Assembly (NCBI GenBank): GCA_964413315.1
Contig: CAYPRZ010000002.1
Span: 1 to 40,277, forward strand
Direction: 5' to 3'
Length of the DNA: 40,277 bases
Source of the DNA: an uncultured Desulfovibrio sp.
GTDB taxonomy: Bacteria; Desulfobacterota; Desulfovibrionia; Desulfovibrionales; Desulfovibrionaceae
Shown in pieces: positions 8,980 to 18,521 of this stretch. Below the pieces are notes generated by a model, which was not told where the DNA came from, did not search any database, and worked only from the letters and a program-made list of their open reading frames with translations. Position 1 is the first letter of the stretch. Every line of letters starts with the position of its first letter. Both the position numbers and the translations under genes were made by a program.

Positions 8980-10119
8980 CTACGAGCCAGCGGCGGCGCG
9001 GGCGGCTTCCTCTGGGTACAGGGCCGTAATCTTTGCCAAAAAGTCCATAAACCGGCCTTCCACAATGGCCTGACGGGCATTGCGCGCCAGATCAAGATAG
9101 TAGGTAAGGTTGTGCAGCGAATTGAGGCGGAACGACAGCAGCTCCTGACTGGCATACAGATGCCGCAGATAGGCCCGCGAAAAATTGCGGCAGGCATAGC
9201 AGCGGCAATTGGGGTCGAGGGGGCCGTCGTCTTCGGCAAATTCGCGGCGCTTGATGTTGATCTTGCCAAGCGAAGTATAGAGCGTGCCGTTGCGCGCGTT
9301 GCGGGTGGGCAGCACGCAGTCGAACATGTCCACACCGGCGTGGATGCCGGTAACAATATCAAGCGGCGTGCCCACACCCATGAGGTAGCGGGGCTTTTCG
9401 CGGGGCAGCAGCGGGGCCGTGTGGGAGAGCAGATCGTACATTTTGTCCTTGGGCTCGCCCACAGAGAGGCCGCCAATGGCAAAACCGTCAAAATCCATCC
9501 CGCACAGCTCGCTGACAGAGCGCTCGCGCAGGTCTTTGTAAAAGCCGCCCTGCGTGATGCCAAAAAGCAGATTGTGTGCCGAGCCCGGAGGGTAGGCATC
9601 AATGGCGCGCTTGGCCCAACGCGTGGTGAGGGCCAGAGATTTTTCGGTATAGGCGTAGTCCGCGCCAAAGGGCACGCATTCGTCCAGCACCATCATAATA
9701 TCAGAATTAAGATTGCGCTGGATTTCCAGCACTTTTTCGGGCGTGAACAAATGCTTTGAACCGTCGAGATGCGAGCGGAACTCCACGCCTTCTTCGCGAA
9801 TTTTGCGCAGCGAGCTCAGGCTGAAAACCTGAAAACCGCCGCTATCCGTAAGAATGGAGCCGGGCCAGGAGGCAAACTTGTGCAGCCCCCCGCGCCTGTG
9901 CACAAGCTCGTCGCCAGGGCGCAGATAAAGGTGATAGGTATTGCCCAAAATAATGGGCGCGCCAATGGCGGCCAGATCATCGGGTGCAAGCGCCTTGACC
10001 GAACCCACGGTTCCCACGGGCATAAAGATAGGCGTGGGAATAGTGCCATGAGCCGTGCGCAGCACGCCCGCGCGGGCCGCTCCGTCTGTGTGTTCTATGG
10101 TAAATACGGATTGGGACAT
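8980..10119 (-). CDS. tgt: tRNA-guanine transglycosylase
   Basis: [44 protein letters not shown] and zinc site CRCYAC...H. Confidence 0.97.
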   Translation of the reverse strand: MSQSVFTIEHTDGAARAGVLRTAHGTIPTPIFMPVGTVGSVKALAPDDLAAIGAPIILGNTYHLYLRPGDELVHRRGGLHKFASWPGSILTDSGGFQVFSLSSLRKIREEGVEFRSHLDGSKHLFTPEKVLEIQRNLNSDIMMVLDECVPFGADYAYTEKSLALTTRWAKRAIDAYPPGSAHNLLFGITQGGFYKDLRERSVSELCGMDFDGFAIGGLSVGEPKDKMYDLLSHTAPLLPREKPRYLMGVGTPLDIVTGIHAGVDMFDCVLPTRNARNGTLYTSLGKINIKRREFAEDDGPLDPNCRCYACRNFSRAYLRHLYASQELLSFRLNSLHNLTYYLDLARNARQAIVEGRFMDFLAKITALYPEEAARAAAGS

Positions 10120-10126
10120 GCCGCGC

Positions 10127-10155
10127 AGATTATCCGCAAGCGCCGCCCTGCGCAA
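10127..10155 (-). promoter_or_regulatory. Sigma70-type promoter, probably leaderless, for tgt
   Basis: Minus strand TTGCGC-17 nt-TAATCT, ending 7 nt before ATG 10119; no Shine-Dalgarno sequence. Confidence 0.55.
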
Positions 10156-10380
10156 GAGGGGCCGCAAAACTGTACCCCGCGCCAGCCAGCGGCAAATTGT
10201 TGTGCCTTTGGGGCAATGTTGCTAAGGTTGCGGCCTTTCATTGTAGTGTAGTGCGCGCAAGGGCCGGGCCCGTTGCGCCGGGGAAACACCAAAGGACGGG
10301 TGCACCCCTGTTGCCGCGTGAGCGGTGCGCGTTTGCCGCGCAAAGCGTCCTTCAGCAAAGTTCAAATGAGGGAATTCCCT

Positions 10381-11517
10381 GTGAGCGATTGCACATTTTC
10401 ACCGTCGCTGTGCCACATTGAGCTGGGAGCTATCCGCCGCAATTTTGGCCGCATGGGCCAGCCTCAAGCTCTTATGCCTGTTATAAAATCAGATGCTTAC
10501 GGGCACGGGCTAGTGCCGGTGGCGCGTGTGCTGGCCGAGGCGGGCGCGCAGCGCTTTGCCGTGGGCACGGTTTCAGAGGGCATGGCCCTGCGCGATGCCG
10601 GGCTGCGGCAGACCATCGTGCCCTTGTTGGGAGCGCTTACCGATGTGGACTGGCAGGGCGCTGTGATGCAGGGCCTTACCCCTGTGGTGGGCAACTTTGA
10701 CCAGCTGGAACGTGCGGCGGCCCACTGCCATGCGGGCCGCACCCTGCGCGTTGCCATCAAGTGCGAGACAGGCATGGGCCGGCTTGGCTTTTCTGAAGCA
10801 GAACTACCTCAGGTCATCGACCGCTTGCGCACCACCCAAGGCCTTGAGCCAGTGATGGTTTTATCGCACTTTTCCTGTGCCGACGTGCCAGAGCAAGAAG
10901 CCTACACTCAGGATCAGCTGCGTCGGTTCACCGCCATGTCTGACGCATTGCGGGGGGTCTTTCCCGAAATCAAGCGCTCGCTGTGCAACACGGCAGGAAC
11001 CATCGGTCGCCCCGAAGCGCACTTTGAAATCTGCCGCCCCGGCATTTCGCTCTACGGCGGCAATCCCTTTACGGGCACCGCGTGGCAAGACAAGGGCGCA
11101 AGGCTTGGGCTGGAATGGGCCATGAGCGTCAGCGCGCCTATTATTGAAGTGCGCCAGGTGGCCGAGGGCCGCAGTGTTTCGTATGGCCGCCTGTTTACGG
11201 CGCAAAAACCCGCCACGGTGGCTGTGGTGGCCATTGGCTACGCCACGGCCTTTAATCGTTCGCTCTCTACCCGCACGGCCATGCTTATCAATGGCCGCCG
11301 TGTGCCGCAGGTGGGGCGCGTGTGCATGGGCATGATCATGGCCGATGTAACAGGCCTGCCCCCCGTGCGCGTGGGCGACACGGCATGGCTTGTGGGCGGC
11401 CCCGCAGAGCCCGGCCAGACCCCAGTTACACCGCAAGACATTGCCGACTCACTTGGAACAATTTCATACGAAGTGCTGTGTCTTTTCGGGGGGATGAACC
11501 CCCGCGTTTACGGATAG
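10381..11517 (+). CDS. alr: Alanine racemase
   Basis: VIKSDAYGHG (PLP lysine), ETGMGRLG, RPGISLYG, VSYG, GRVCM and TISYEVLC. GTG at 10381 follows GAGGG; alternative ATG at 10366. Confidence 0.95.
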   Translation: MSDCTFSPSLCHIELGAIRRNFGRMGQPQALMPVIKSDAYGHGLVPVARVLAEAGAQRFAVGTVSEGMALRDAGLRQTIVPLLGALTDVDWQGAVMQGLTPVVGNFDQLERAAAHCHAGRTLRVAIKCETGMGRLGFSEAELPQVIDRLRTTQGLEPVMVLSHFSCADVPEQEAYTQDQLRRFTAMSDALRGVFPEIKRSLCNTAGTIGRPEAHFEICRPGISLYGGNPFTGTAWQDKGARLGLEWAMSVSAPIIEVRQVAEGRSVSYGRLFTAQKPATVAVVAIGYATAFNRSLSTRTAMLINGRRVPQVGRVCMGMIMADVTGLPPVRVGDTAWLVGGPAEPGQTPVTPQDIADSLGTISYEVLCLFGGMNPRVYG

Positions 11518-11539
11518 GGCCTTTTATGCACATTTCGGC

Positions 11540-11568
11540 TTGACAGGCCCATTTGCTGAACGTATAAG
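11540..11568 (+). promoter_or_regulatory. Sigma70 promoter of the rpsF operon
   Basis: TTGACA-17 nt-TATAAG. Confidence 0.8.
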
Positions 11569-11573
11569 ACTCG

Positions 11574-11620
11574 TTCCTTGCTCGCGCCCCGTGTGGCGTG
11601 GGCTGCCAATCCAAAAGGAG
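11574..11620 (+). promoter_or_regulatory. S6:S18 ribosomal-protein autoregulatory leader RNA
   Basis: TCCTT can pair with the SD AAGGA. Inner hairpin GCTCGCGCC/GGCGTGGGC is followed by a CC-containing internal loop, directly upstream of rpsF, as in known rpsF leaders. Confidence 0.7.
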
Positions 11621-11627
11621 AATACCA

Positions 11628-11936
11628 ATGCGGAAATTTGAAACCCTGCTGCTCCTTTCGCCGGAGCTTTCCGCCGATAATCGCGAGGGCATCATCAACG
11701 CCCTTACCGCGATCATTGAGCGCGAGAAGGGCGTCATGGTGGAAGTGGACAATTGGGGCATGCGCGATCTCGCCTACCCTGTGCGCAAACTGATGCGCGG
11801 CTACTATGTGCGCCTCGTGTACAATGCTCCCGCCGAGCTTATCGCCGAGCTGGAACGCATCGTGCGCATTACCGACGGCATCTTTAAGTTTGTGACCGTC
11901 AAGTTGGCCGACGAAGTGGCCGGGGAGGTTGCCTAA
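11628..11936 (+). CDS. rpsF: 30S ribosomal protein S6
   Basis: [10 protein letters not shown] and [12 protein letters not shown]; AAGGAG RBS. Confidence 0.97.
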   Translation: MRKFETLLLLSPELSADNREGIINALTAIIEREKGVMVEVDNWGMRDLAYPVRKLMRGYYVRLVYNAPAELIAELERIVRITDGIFKFVTVKLADEVAGEVA

Positions 11937-11937
11937 C

Positions 11938-12201
11938 ATGGCTTTTAAGAAAAAGTTTGCCCCGCGCCGCAAGTTTTGCCGCTTCTGCGCCGACAAAGAA
12001 CTGCCCCTGGATTACAAGCGTGCCGATATCCTGCGCGATTTCATCACTGAACGCGGCAAGATCATTGCCCGCCGTATCACCGGCACCTGCGCTCATCACC
12101 AGCGCCTGCTGACCCGCGAAATCAAGCGCGCCCGCCAGATGGCTCTGCTCATCTACACTGCGACGCACGATTCCGGCGTCAAGAAAAAGAGCACCATTTA
12201 A
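11938..12201 (+). CDS. rpsR: 30S ribosomal protein S18 (zinc-binding form)
   Basis: CRFC, DYK and [19 protein letters not shown]. Confidence 0.97.
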   Translation: MAFKKKFAPRRKFCRFCADKELPLDYKRADILRDFITERGKIIARRITGTCAHHQRLLTREIKRARQMALLIYTATHDSGVKKKSTI

Positions 12202-12211
12202 GGAGGCGCAC

Positions 12212-12706
12212 ATGAAACTGATACTTCGCGCCGACGTTGAAAATCTCGGCATTCTTGGCGATGTGGTTGAAGTGAAAGCTGGTTATGGCCGCAATTTCCT
12301 GCTCCCGCAGGGTCTGGCCATGGTCGCTTCGCCTTCCAACCTCAAAGCTTTTGAGCAGGAACGCAAAAAGCTTCAGGCCCGCATGGACGCCGTGCGCTCC
12401 GAAGCCTTGGCCCTTCAGGCCAGCTTGGAAGCTCTGGACGTGGTTATTCCCATGCACGTGGGCGACAACGACAAGCTTTACGGCTCTGTCACCACCACCA
12501 TCATTGGCGACGCTCTTGCCGCCCTTGGTGTGGAAGTTGACCGCCGCCGCATTCTTATGGATGCCCCCATCCGCACCCTTGGCGAACACCCCATTCGCGT
12601 GCGTCTGCACGCCAGCGTGATCGCTCTGGTTCCCGTGAAGGTGGTTTCCGACCATCAGCCCATCGTTGAAGATGAGCCCGTTGCGGCTCCCGCTGAAGAA
12701 GCCTAG
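12212..12706 (+). CDS. rplI: 50S ribosomal protein L9
   Basis: LGILGDVVEVKAGYGRNFLLPQG and KLYGSVT. Confidence 0.97.
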   Translation: MKLILRADVENLGILGDVVEVKAGYGRNFLLPQGLAMVASPSNLKAFEQERKKLQARMDAVRSEALALQASLEALDVVIPMHVGDNDKLYGSVTTTIIGDALAALGVEVDRRRILMDAPIRTLGEHPIRVRLHASVIALVPVKVVSDHQPIVEDEPVAAPAEEA

Positions 12707-12726
12707 TCAACCCAGTAGGGTTTTGC

Positions 12727-14223
12727 GTGGCTTCCCACAACGATAGCAATTCAGCCCCCGGCCACAAGGCCGGGGGCGCGCCTTTTGGGCAGGGCCGCAA
12801 CAAAGACGGCCAATCTCGCTCTGCGTACAGCCACAGTGCTGAAAAAGCCGAATCCGACATACTGCGCCGCGTGCCGCCGCACAGCGTTGAAGCAGAACAG
12901 GCCGTGCTTGGCGGCGTATTTATACGCCCCCAGCTCATGCACTCCATTGCCGACCAGCTGACGGACGAAGATTTCTATCTTCCCGCGCACGCTACCATCT
13001 ACCGCGCATTTCTCGATCTTTACCTCAAGTCGGCCCCCCTCGACCTCATCGCCACTGCCGAGCAGCTCAAGAGCCAAAATGCCCTTGAAGAAGCTGGCGG
13101 CGCGGTCTATCTGGGAGAACTGGCTCAGGCCGTTGTTTCTGGCGCCAATGCAGAATACTACGCCACTATTGTGCGCGACAAATCCTTGCAGCGCAGCCTT
13201 ATCAACGCTTGCTCCGGCATCATAGTCAACTGCTATGACGCCACGCGCGAGGTGGGCGAGCTGCTGGACGAATCAGAACAGGCCGTTTTTTCCATTTCGC
13301 AGCGCACATCGGGCAAGGACTTTACCCCCACCCGCGAGCTGCTCGAACGCGTGTTCGACAAGCTTTCAAAGCTGGCCGACGCCAAGGACGTCATCACGGG
13401 CGTCACCACGGGCTACACCCGCCTCGACAAACTGACTGCGGGTCTGCAACCTTCTGACCTGATCATTGTTGCGGCGCGCCCCAGTATGGGTAAAACAGCT
13501 TTTTCCATGTGCATGGCCCTCAACGCGGCCGTGCGCCAAAACGTGCCCGTGGCTGTTTTTTCGCTTGAAATGAGCAAAGAACAGCTCATGCAACGTATGC
13601 TTGCCGTGTGGGGAAAGGTGGATCTTTCCAAGCTGCGCCGCCCCTCGCTGCTGACCGACGAAGACTGGCAGCGCCTGTATGACGCGGCAGACGTGGTGGC
13701 CCGCGCGCCCATCTTTATTGACGACACCCCTGCCCTCACCACCCTTGAGCTGCGCGCCCGTGCCCGTCGCCTTAAGGCGGATAAGGGGCTTGGCATGGTG
13801 GTGGTGGACTACTTGCAGCTCATGCGCACCAGCCGCCGCACAGACTCGCGCGAGCTGGAAATTTCTGATATTTCACGCTCGCTCAAGGGCCTTGCCAAGG
13901 AAATGAACGTGCCCGTGGTGGCGCTTTCGCAGCTCAACCGCAAGGTCGAAGAACGCAGCGACAAACGCCCCATGCTCTCAGACTTGCGCGAATCTGGCGC
14001 TATCGAGCAGGACGCGGACGTTATCATGTTTGTATACCGCGACGACGTGTACAAGTTCCAGAAACCCGCCGACCGGCCTCCACAGGGCATAGCCGAAATC
14101 ATCATTGGCAAGCAGCGCAACGGCCCGGTGGGCGTTGCCGAGCTCATGTACATGTCGCCCTACACCTCGTTTGAAGATATTGCTCCAGATTGGATGCCCC
14201 CGCCCTCAGAGGGGGGAGCCTAG
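12727..14223 (+). CDS. dnaB: Replicative DNA helicase
   Basis: PPHSVEAEQAVLG, AARPSMGKT, VDYLQLM, SDLRESGAIEQDAD and KQRNGP; no intein. Confidence 0.97.
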   Translation: MASHNDSNSAPGHKAGGAPFGQGRNKDGQSRSAYSHSAEKAESDILRRVPPHSVEAEQAVLGGVFIRPQLMHSIADQLTDEDFYLPAHATIYRAFLDLYLKSAPLDLIATAEQLKSQNALEEAGGAVYLGELAQAVVSGANAEYYATIVRDKSLQRSLINACSGIIVNCYDATREVGELLDESEQAVFSISQRTSGKDFTPTRELLERVFDKLSKLADAKDVITGVTTGYTRLDKLTAGLQPSDLIIVAARPSMGKTAFSMCMALNAAVRQNVPVAVFSLEMSKEQLMQRMLAVWGKVDLSKLRRPSLLTDEDWQRLYDAADVVARAPIFIDDTPALTTLELRARARRLKADKGLGMVVVDYLQLMRTSRRTDSRELEISDISRSLKGLAKEMNVPVVALSQLNRKVEERSDKRPMLSDLRESGAIEQDADVIMFVYRDDVYKFQKPADRPPQGIAEIIIGKQRNGPVGVAELMYMSPYTSFEDIAPDWMPPPSEGGA

Positions 14224-14711
14224 GCTAATTTGAGCCGTGCACAGGCCGCCAAAGCGGTTTTTGCGCGGCTCTTTTGTTTGCCCAATGGGCAAGCCTGCGC
14301 ATGCTTTGGGCTCAATGCTGTGTCTTGGCAATGCGGTTATTTCCTACGCAATAACTTTCCAATTCTATATTGGTTGACTGACCAACTTAAGTATCGGCAA
14401 AGCAAATCCCTGTTGTACAGCTTGTTCTTGCCCACAGTGTGCCTTGTGTGTGCATCTTTTTATCGGACATCAAGTTTTGAGAACATTTGCACAACCACAT
14501 AAAAAAATACCACTCTGCAAGCGATTTACCCAATATCTATAGGCTTTTCAGAGAAACTCTGTAGACAATTTTGTGCAATGCCAACTTTTTTTTGGCGATT
14601 CGTTGACAAGCCCTTCAAAGCGTGTTTCCATATTTTTCATGGGCCGCGTACCGGTAATACGTTTTGCTGGGCGTAAGCGCGGGAAGATTGTTTTTTTTGA
14701 GAGGGTGTTTC

Positions 14712-14978
14712 ATGTCTAAGTCCATCTATGTCGGGAACCTTCCTTGGTCGGCAAATGAAGAACAGGTTCAGGATCTTTTTGCTGAATACGGCAATGTTCT
14801 GTCTGTAAAACTCGTCAGCGACAGGGATACCGGCCGTGCCCGTGGCTTCGGCTTTGTGGAAATGGAAGACGGCGATGCCGATTCCGCCATTGAAGCCCTG
14901 GATAACTTCAGCTTTGGCGGTCGCACGCTACGCGTGAACGAAGCCAAACCCAGAGCCCCGCGCCAGCCCCGCTACTAG
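14712..14978 (+). CDS. Single-RRM RNA-binding protein
   Basis: RNP2 IYVGNL and RNP1 RGFGFVEM; ATG at 14712 follows GAGGG. Confidence 0.93.
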   Translation: MSKSIYVGNLPWSANEEQVQDLFAEYGNVLSVKLVSDRDTGRARGFGFVEMEDGDADSAIEALDNFSFGGRTLRVNEAKPRAPRQPRY

Positions 14979-14998
14979 GGTCTGTAACGGACAAAGAC

Positions 14999-15021
14999 AC
15001 GCCCCGGCTGGGGCGTTTTTT
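14999..15021 (+). terminator. Intrinsic terminator
   Basis: ACGCCCC-GGCT-GGGGCGT followed by T5. Confidence 0.8.
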
Positions 15022-15038
15022 GTTGTGCGCACATCTTA

Positions 15039-15060
15039 AGGGACACCAATTGGTGTCCCT
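15039..15060. repeat. Perfect 22-bp palindrome
   Basis: AGGGACACCAATTGGTGTCCCT. Confidence 0.9.
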
Positions 15061-15196
15061 GACTATTCATGAGCGGGGTGGCTTGTAGGCATTGCGGCCC
15101 GCTGACCACCCCGCCACCCTTTGGCTTTACCTGCCAGCCCGGCCTTGCGTTTTTTTGCCCCGATTCTCCCCTGCCGCCCGTGAATGCTCAGCCCAG

Positions 15197-15244
15197 CCCT
15201 TGCTGCTCTTGGCCCTTGCTGCTCTTGGCTCTTGCTGCTCTTGG
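15197..15244. repeat. Tandem repeat, 3 x 16 bp
   Basis: CCCTTGCTGCTCTTGG twice, then CTCTTGCTGCTCTTGG. Confidence 0.9.
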
Positions 15245-15837
15245 CCATTGCATCGCCAACTCAAAGCTTTCAAACCCGCCTTGCTGCACACGGCATCACC
15301 CCGCCAGCGCATGCATAGGGGCTTGCCCCTCCGTTTCCCTGCCAGCATTTTTCTGCTGCTTGCTCCCCAATTGATCCTCTCATCAAAGTTTGCCTGATTT
15401 TTGCTGCCAGAACCGCCAAATCTGTGCCCAAACCCCTCCAAACCTGACTGCAACAATACGCTTTGCGCGTGAGCACTCTCAAAACAAAACCTTTACCCCC
15501 GCATCTGCTGTTTAAAACCGCCAATCGCACGGCCTCTGCTGCCCCATCCCCTCAATGCATCAACATGGGCGTAAAACCTAAAAATACAGAGTTCAACCCG
15601 CAGATGGGCGCGCAATATATAGCCCCTGTGATGTATGCGGCACAGGCAAATGCCCCACAGTGGACGTTTGCGCCAACATTCAACGAACATATAATTAGTC
15701 TATAAAAAAAATTTCAAACATAAATTACATACAACAAAAAAATATTGCACGTTTTTGTTAAATAATTGTATAATTATTGTAACACAAAAAGACATTATAA
15801 CGATGCAATGCTATTCATTACACACTCAAACAATACA

Positions 15838-15855
15838 GCGCGAAATATTTCACAC
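15838..15855. promoter_or_regulatory. Rex-like operator
   Basis: GCGCGAAATATTTCACAC matches the Rex palindrome TTGTGAAATATTTCACAA at 14 of 18 positions. Confidence 0.45.
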
Positions 15856-16023
15856 ACCAATTTTAACGTTTATATTTTGACTTTGAACAAAAAACACAAT
15901 CTGCTATTTGTTTGAACAGTTACCGTTGCATACGCAACACTGTTTACACACATAGCGCAGCGCCGCCGGAGCTAAGGAATACGTAATACCAGCCCCTTAC
16001 AGTGCGACAGAACGGAATTTGCC

Positions 16024-17838
16024 ATGCCGACGACCCGCTTTGACCTCAGCCATCCGCCCTTTGACCTGCTTACGCTGGCCGAAGCGTCTGCCTTGGCGGC
16101 CAATGCCGATATTCTCTATTTCAGCGATGAACAGGAGATTTTAGCCTCTGGCAGCCCGGTGGATGCCCTGTATCTGGTCATGAAGGGGCTTGTTCGTGAA
16201 ATGTCGGGCGAGGACATTGTAGGGGCCTACCGCGAACACGAAACCTTTGATTGTCGCGCCCTTGCCACAGGCAAGACCACTCACAGATATGTGGCGCACG
16301 AAGAAGTGCTGCTGTGCGTGTTTCCGGGCCGCGAGGTGCTGGCCCTCACTGAAAAGAACTCGCTGTTCGGCGCGTACTTTTTTGCCACCGTGTCAGACAA
16401 GCTTGGGCAGTTGGCCCAGTCGCGCGACCGCAGGGAATGGCAGAGCCTCTTTGCTGTCAAAATCAGCGATGCAGGATTCAGCGCGCCCATATTTGCCGAT
16501 GGCGAGGAAACCATAGCCCATGCGGCACGCCGTATGGAGCAGCACCGCCGCAGATCCATCTTTGTGCGCCACGGCTACCGCACGGGCATTATTACCACAG
16601 GCGACTTTTGCCACATTGTGGCCAACGGCATTTCCAACCAGACCCCGCTGCACCAGTGCGCACAATTTTCACTGCTGAGCTGCGAAAAGGACGACTACCT
16701 TTTCAACGCCCTGCTGCTCATGACCCGCCACAACATCCACCGCATTGTGGTGACCGACAAGGGCCAGCCCGTGGGCGTTCTGGCGCTCATCGACCTGCTT
16801 TCCTATTTTTCCAACCATTCCCTGTCCATTGCGCGGCAGCTTGAGGCGGCCACAACCTTTGACCACCTGCATACCGCCATGCAGGACATGGAATCACTGG
16901 TAACAACCCTAGTGACGCAAGGCATAAAAACGCCGCAACTGGCGCGGCTTGTTCAGGTTCTGAACACCCAGCTCATGGCCCGGCTGTGGCAAATGGTGGC
17001 CACCCCCGCCGTATTCGCGGGCAGCTCACTGCTTGCCCTGGGCTCAGAGGGCCGAGGGGAACAGATTCTGAAAACCGACCAAGACAACGCGTTGATCCTT
17101 GCCGAAGATCTGGACGAAAAGGAGGTGGAGCAATCAGCAGCACGTTTTACAGAGCACATGCTCCAGCTGGGGTACCCGCCCTGCCCCGGCGGCATGATGG
17201 TCAACCAGCCGCTGTGGCGGCACACAGTACGCCAATGGGGGCATACCCTTAAGGCGTGGGCAAGTTCCACACAGGGCGAGGGGCTCATGCATCTGGCTAT
17301 CTTTTTGGATGCAGAAACAGTGTCTGGCCCGGCATCGTGGCTGGCGGCCTGTCGGCAAGAATTGCGCACGGCCCTGCCCGACGATGCAGCATGGTTTGCC
17401 CGCATGGCGCTGCCCATCGAGCAGTTTCCCACCCGCAAGGTAGAAACAGGCTTTTGGCGGCAGCTGCTCAACCGTGAAAAAAACGCCCTGCTCGACATCA
17501 AGAAGGCGGGCATATTCCCCATTGTGCATGGCGCACGCGTTTTGTCGCTGGAGGCGGGCATAGATGCTCCCAACACCTTTGACCGACTGGAGGCCCTGAC
17601 ATCACGCACAATTCTTGAAAAATCACTTGCGGACGACGTGGCCGAATCTCTGGCCTTTCTCATGCGTTTGCGGCTGGACGCGGGCCTCGAAATGCTGCGC
17701 AGGGGCAGCCCCCTGAACAACGAGGTGGACACCGCCACCCTGTCCACGCTTGAAAAAGACCTGCTTCAGGACTCGCTGGAGGTCGTGCGACGTTTCAAGA
17801 GGATGGTTGGGCAGCGTTACGGTCTGGACAGGTTCTGA
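16024..17838 (+). CDS. cNMP-binding + CBS + DUF294/DUF294_C putative nucleotidyltransferase
   Basis: N-terminal cNMP-like region (LYLVMKGLV), CBS pair (GIITTGD; LMTRHNIHRIVV), NTase motif LGSEGRGEQILKTDQDNAL, GYPPCPGGMMVNQP and LDIKKAGIFPIVHGAR. Confidence 0.9.
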   Translation: MPTTRFDLSHPPFDLLTLAEASALAANADILYFSDEQEILASGSPVDALYLVMKGLVREMSGEDIVGAYREHETFDCRALATGKTTHRYVAHEEVLLCVFPGREVLALTEKNSLFGAYFFATVSDKLGQLAQSRDRREWQSLFAVKISDAGFSAPIFADGEETIAHAARRMEQHRRRSIFVRHGYRTGIITTGDFCHIVANGISNQTPLHQCAQFSLLSCEKDDYLFNALLLMTRHNIHRIVVTDKGQPVGVLALIDLLSYFSNHSLSIARQLEAATTFDHLHTAMQDMESLVTTLVTQGIKTPQLARLVQVLNTQLMARLWQMVATPAVFAGSSLLALGSEGRGEQILKTDQDNALILAEDLDEKEVEQSAARFTEHMLQLGYPPCPGGMMVNQPLWRHTVRQWGHTLKAWASSTQGEGLMHLAIFLDAETVSGPASWLAACRQELRTALPDDAAWFARMALPIEQFPTRKVETGFWRQLLNREKNALLDIKKAGIFPIVHGARVLSLEAGIDAPNTFDRLEALTSRTILEKSLADDVAESLAFLMRLRLDAGLEMLRRGSPLNNEVDTATLSTLEKDLLQDSLEVVRRFKRMVGQRYGLDRF

Positions 17839-17839
17839 A

Positions 17840-18472
17840 ATGTCCACGCCGTGGCTACAAACCGTGGGCCGCATGTTGGGCATGCGCCGCCTGTACGAAC
17901 CCTACCGCTCGCTGCTGGGCGAAGACGACGGCCAGCTGGTGAGCATAGACTGCGAGACAACCTCGCTCAACGTAAAGGAGGCAGAGCTACTCTCCATAGC
18001 TGCCGTGCGCATTGACGGGCAGCGCATCTGCACTAGGCAGGCATTCAATGCACTGATCACGCCGCAGCACGCCCCAGAGGGGCCAAACGTGCGGGTACAC
18101 GGGCTGCGGCCGTGCGATTTCAGCAACGGCCTGCCGCTTCAGGATGTGTTGTTGGAGTTTCTTCAGTTTGTCAGGGGCAGAACACTGGTCGGCTATTATT
18201 TGCAGTACGACATAGCAGTGTTGAATAAATATTTGAGGCCAATAATGGGGGCAGCATTGCCAAACCGCCGGATTGAAGTATCCGGCCGTTATTACGATTG
18301 GCGATTTGCGCAATATCCTGGCGCCTACATTGATCTTCGGTGGGAAACAATGGTCAAGAATCTAGGCCTGCCCACCCTGCCAAGGCACGATGCAATGAAC
18401 GACGCCATAACTGCGGCCATGATGTATCTGGCGCTGCAACCGCGCCGATACGGCGCGCACAGGCTCCCATAA
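17840..18472 (+). CDS. DEDDh 3'-5' exonuclease (DnaQ/epsilon-like, stand-alone)
   Basis: ExoI SIDCETTSL, ExoII YLQYD and ExoIII RHDAMNDA; ATG is 1 nt after the DUF294 stop. Confidence 0.9.
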   Translation: MSTPWLQTVGRMLGMRRLYEPYRSLLGEDDGQLVSIDCETTSLNVKEAELLSIAAVRIDGQRICTRQAFNALITPQHAPEGPNVRVHGLRPCDFSNGLPLQDVLLEFLQFVRGRTLVGYYLQYDIAVLNKYLRPIMGAALPNRRIEVSGRYYDWRFAQYPGAYIDLRWETMVKNLGLPTLPRHDAMNDAITAAMMYLALQPRRYGAHRLP

Positions 18473-18521
18473 CGTCCTGCGTGTGATGTGACGCAAGGAC
18501 AAATGATGTACGGAGGGGACA

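Noticed and set aside
14230-14700. Possible ncRNA or origin in the dnaB-RRM gap
   Set aside because: I saw no DnaA-box cluster or convincing structure, only a TTGACA at 14603 with a weak -10.
15197-15244. Repeats as a mini-CRISPR
   Set aside because: The units are directly adjacent with no spacers, and there are no cas genes.
15063-15705. Several short ORFs in the intergenic region
   Set aside because: No RBS or recognisable protein features; they are partly generated by the 16-bp tandem repeat.
17840-18472. Exonuclease as the replicative proofreading subunit DnaQ, or the NTase pair as CBASS or toxin-antitoxin defence
   Set aside because: It is coupled to DUF294 and actP. The NTase is GlnD/GlnE-like with CBS domains, not CD-NTase or MNT-HEPN type, and no effector gene is present.
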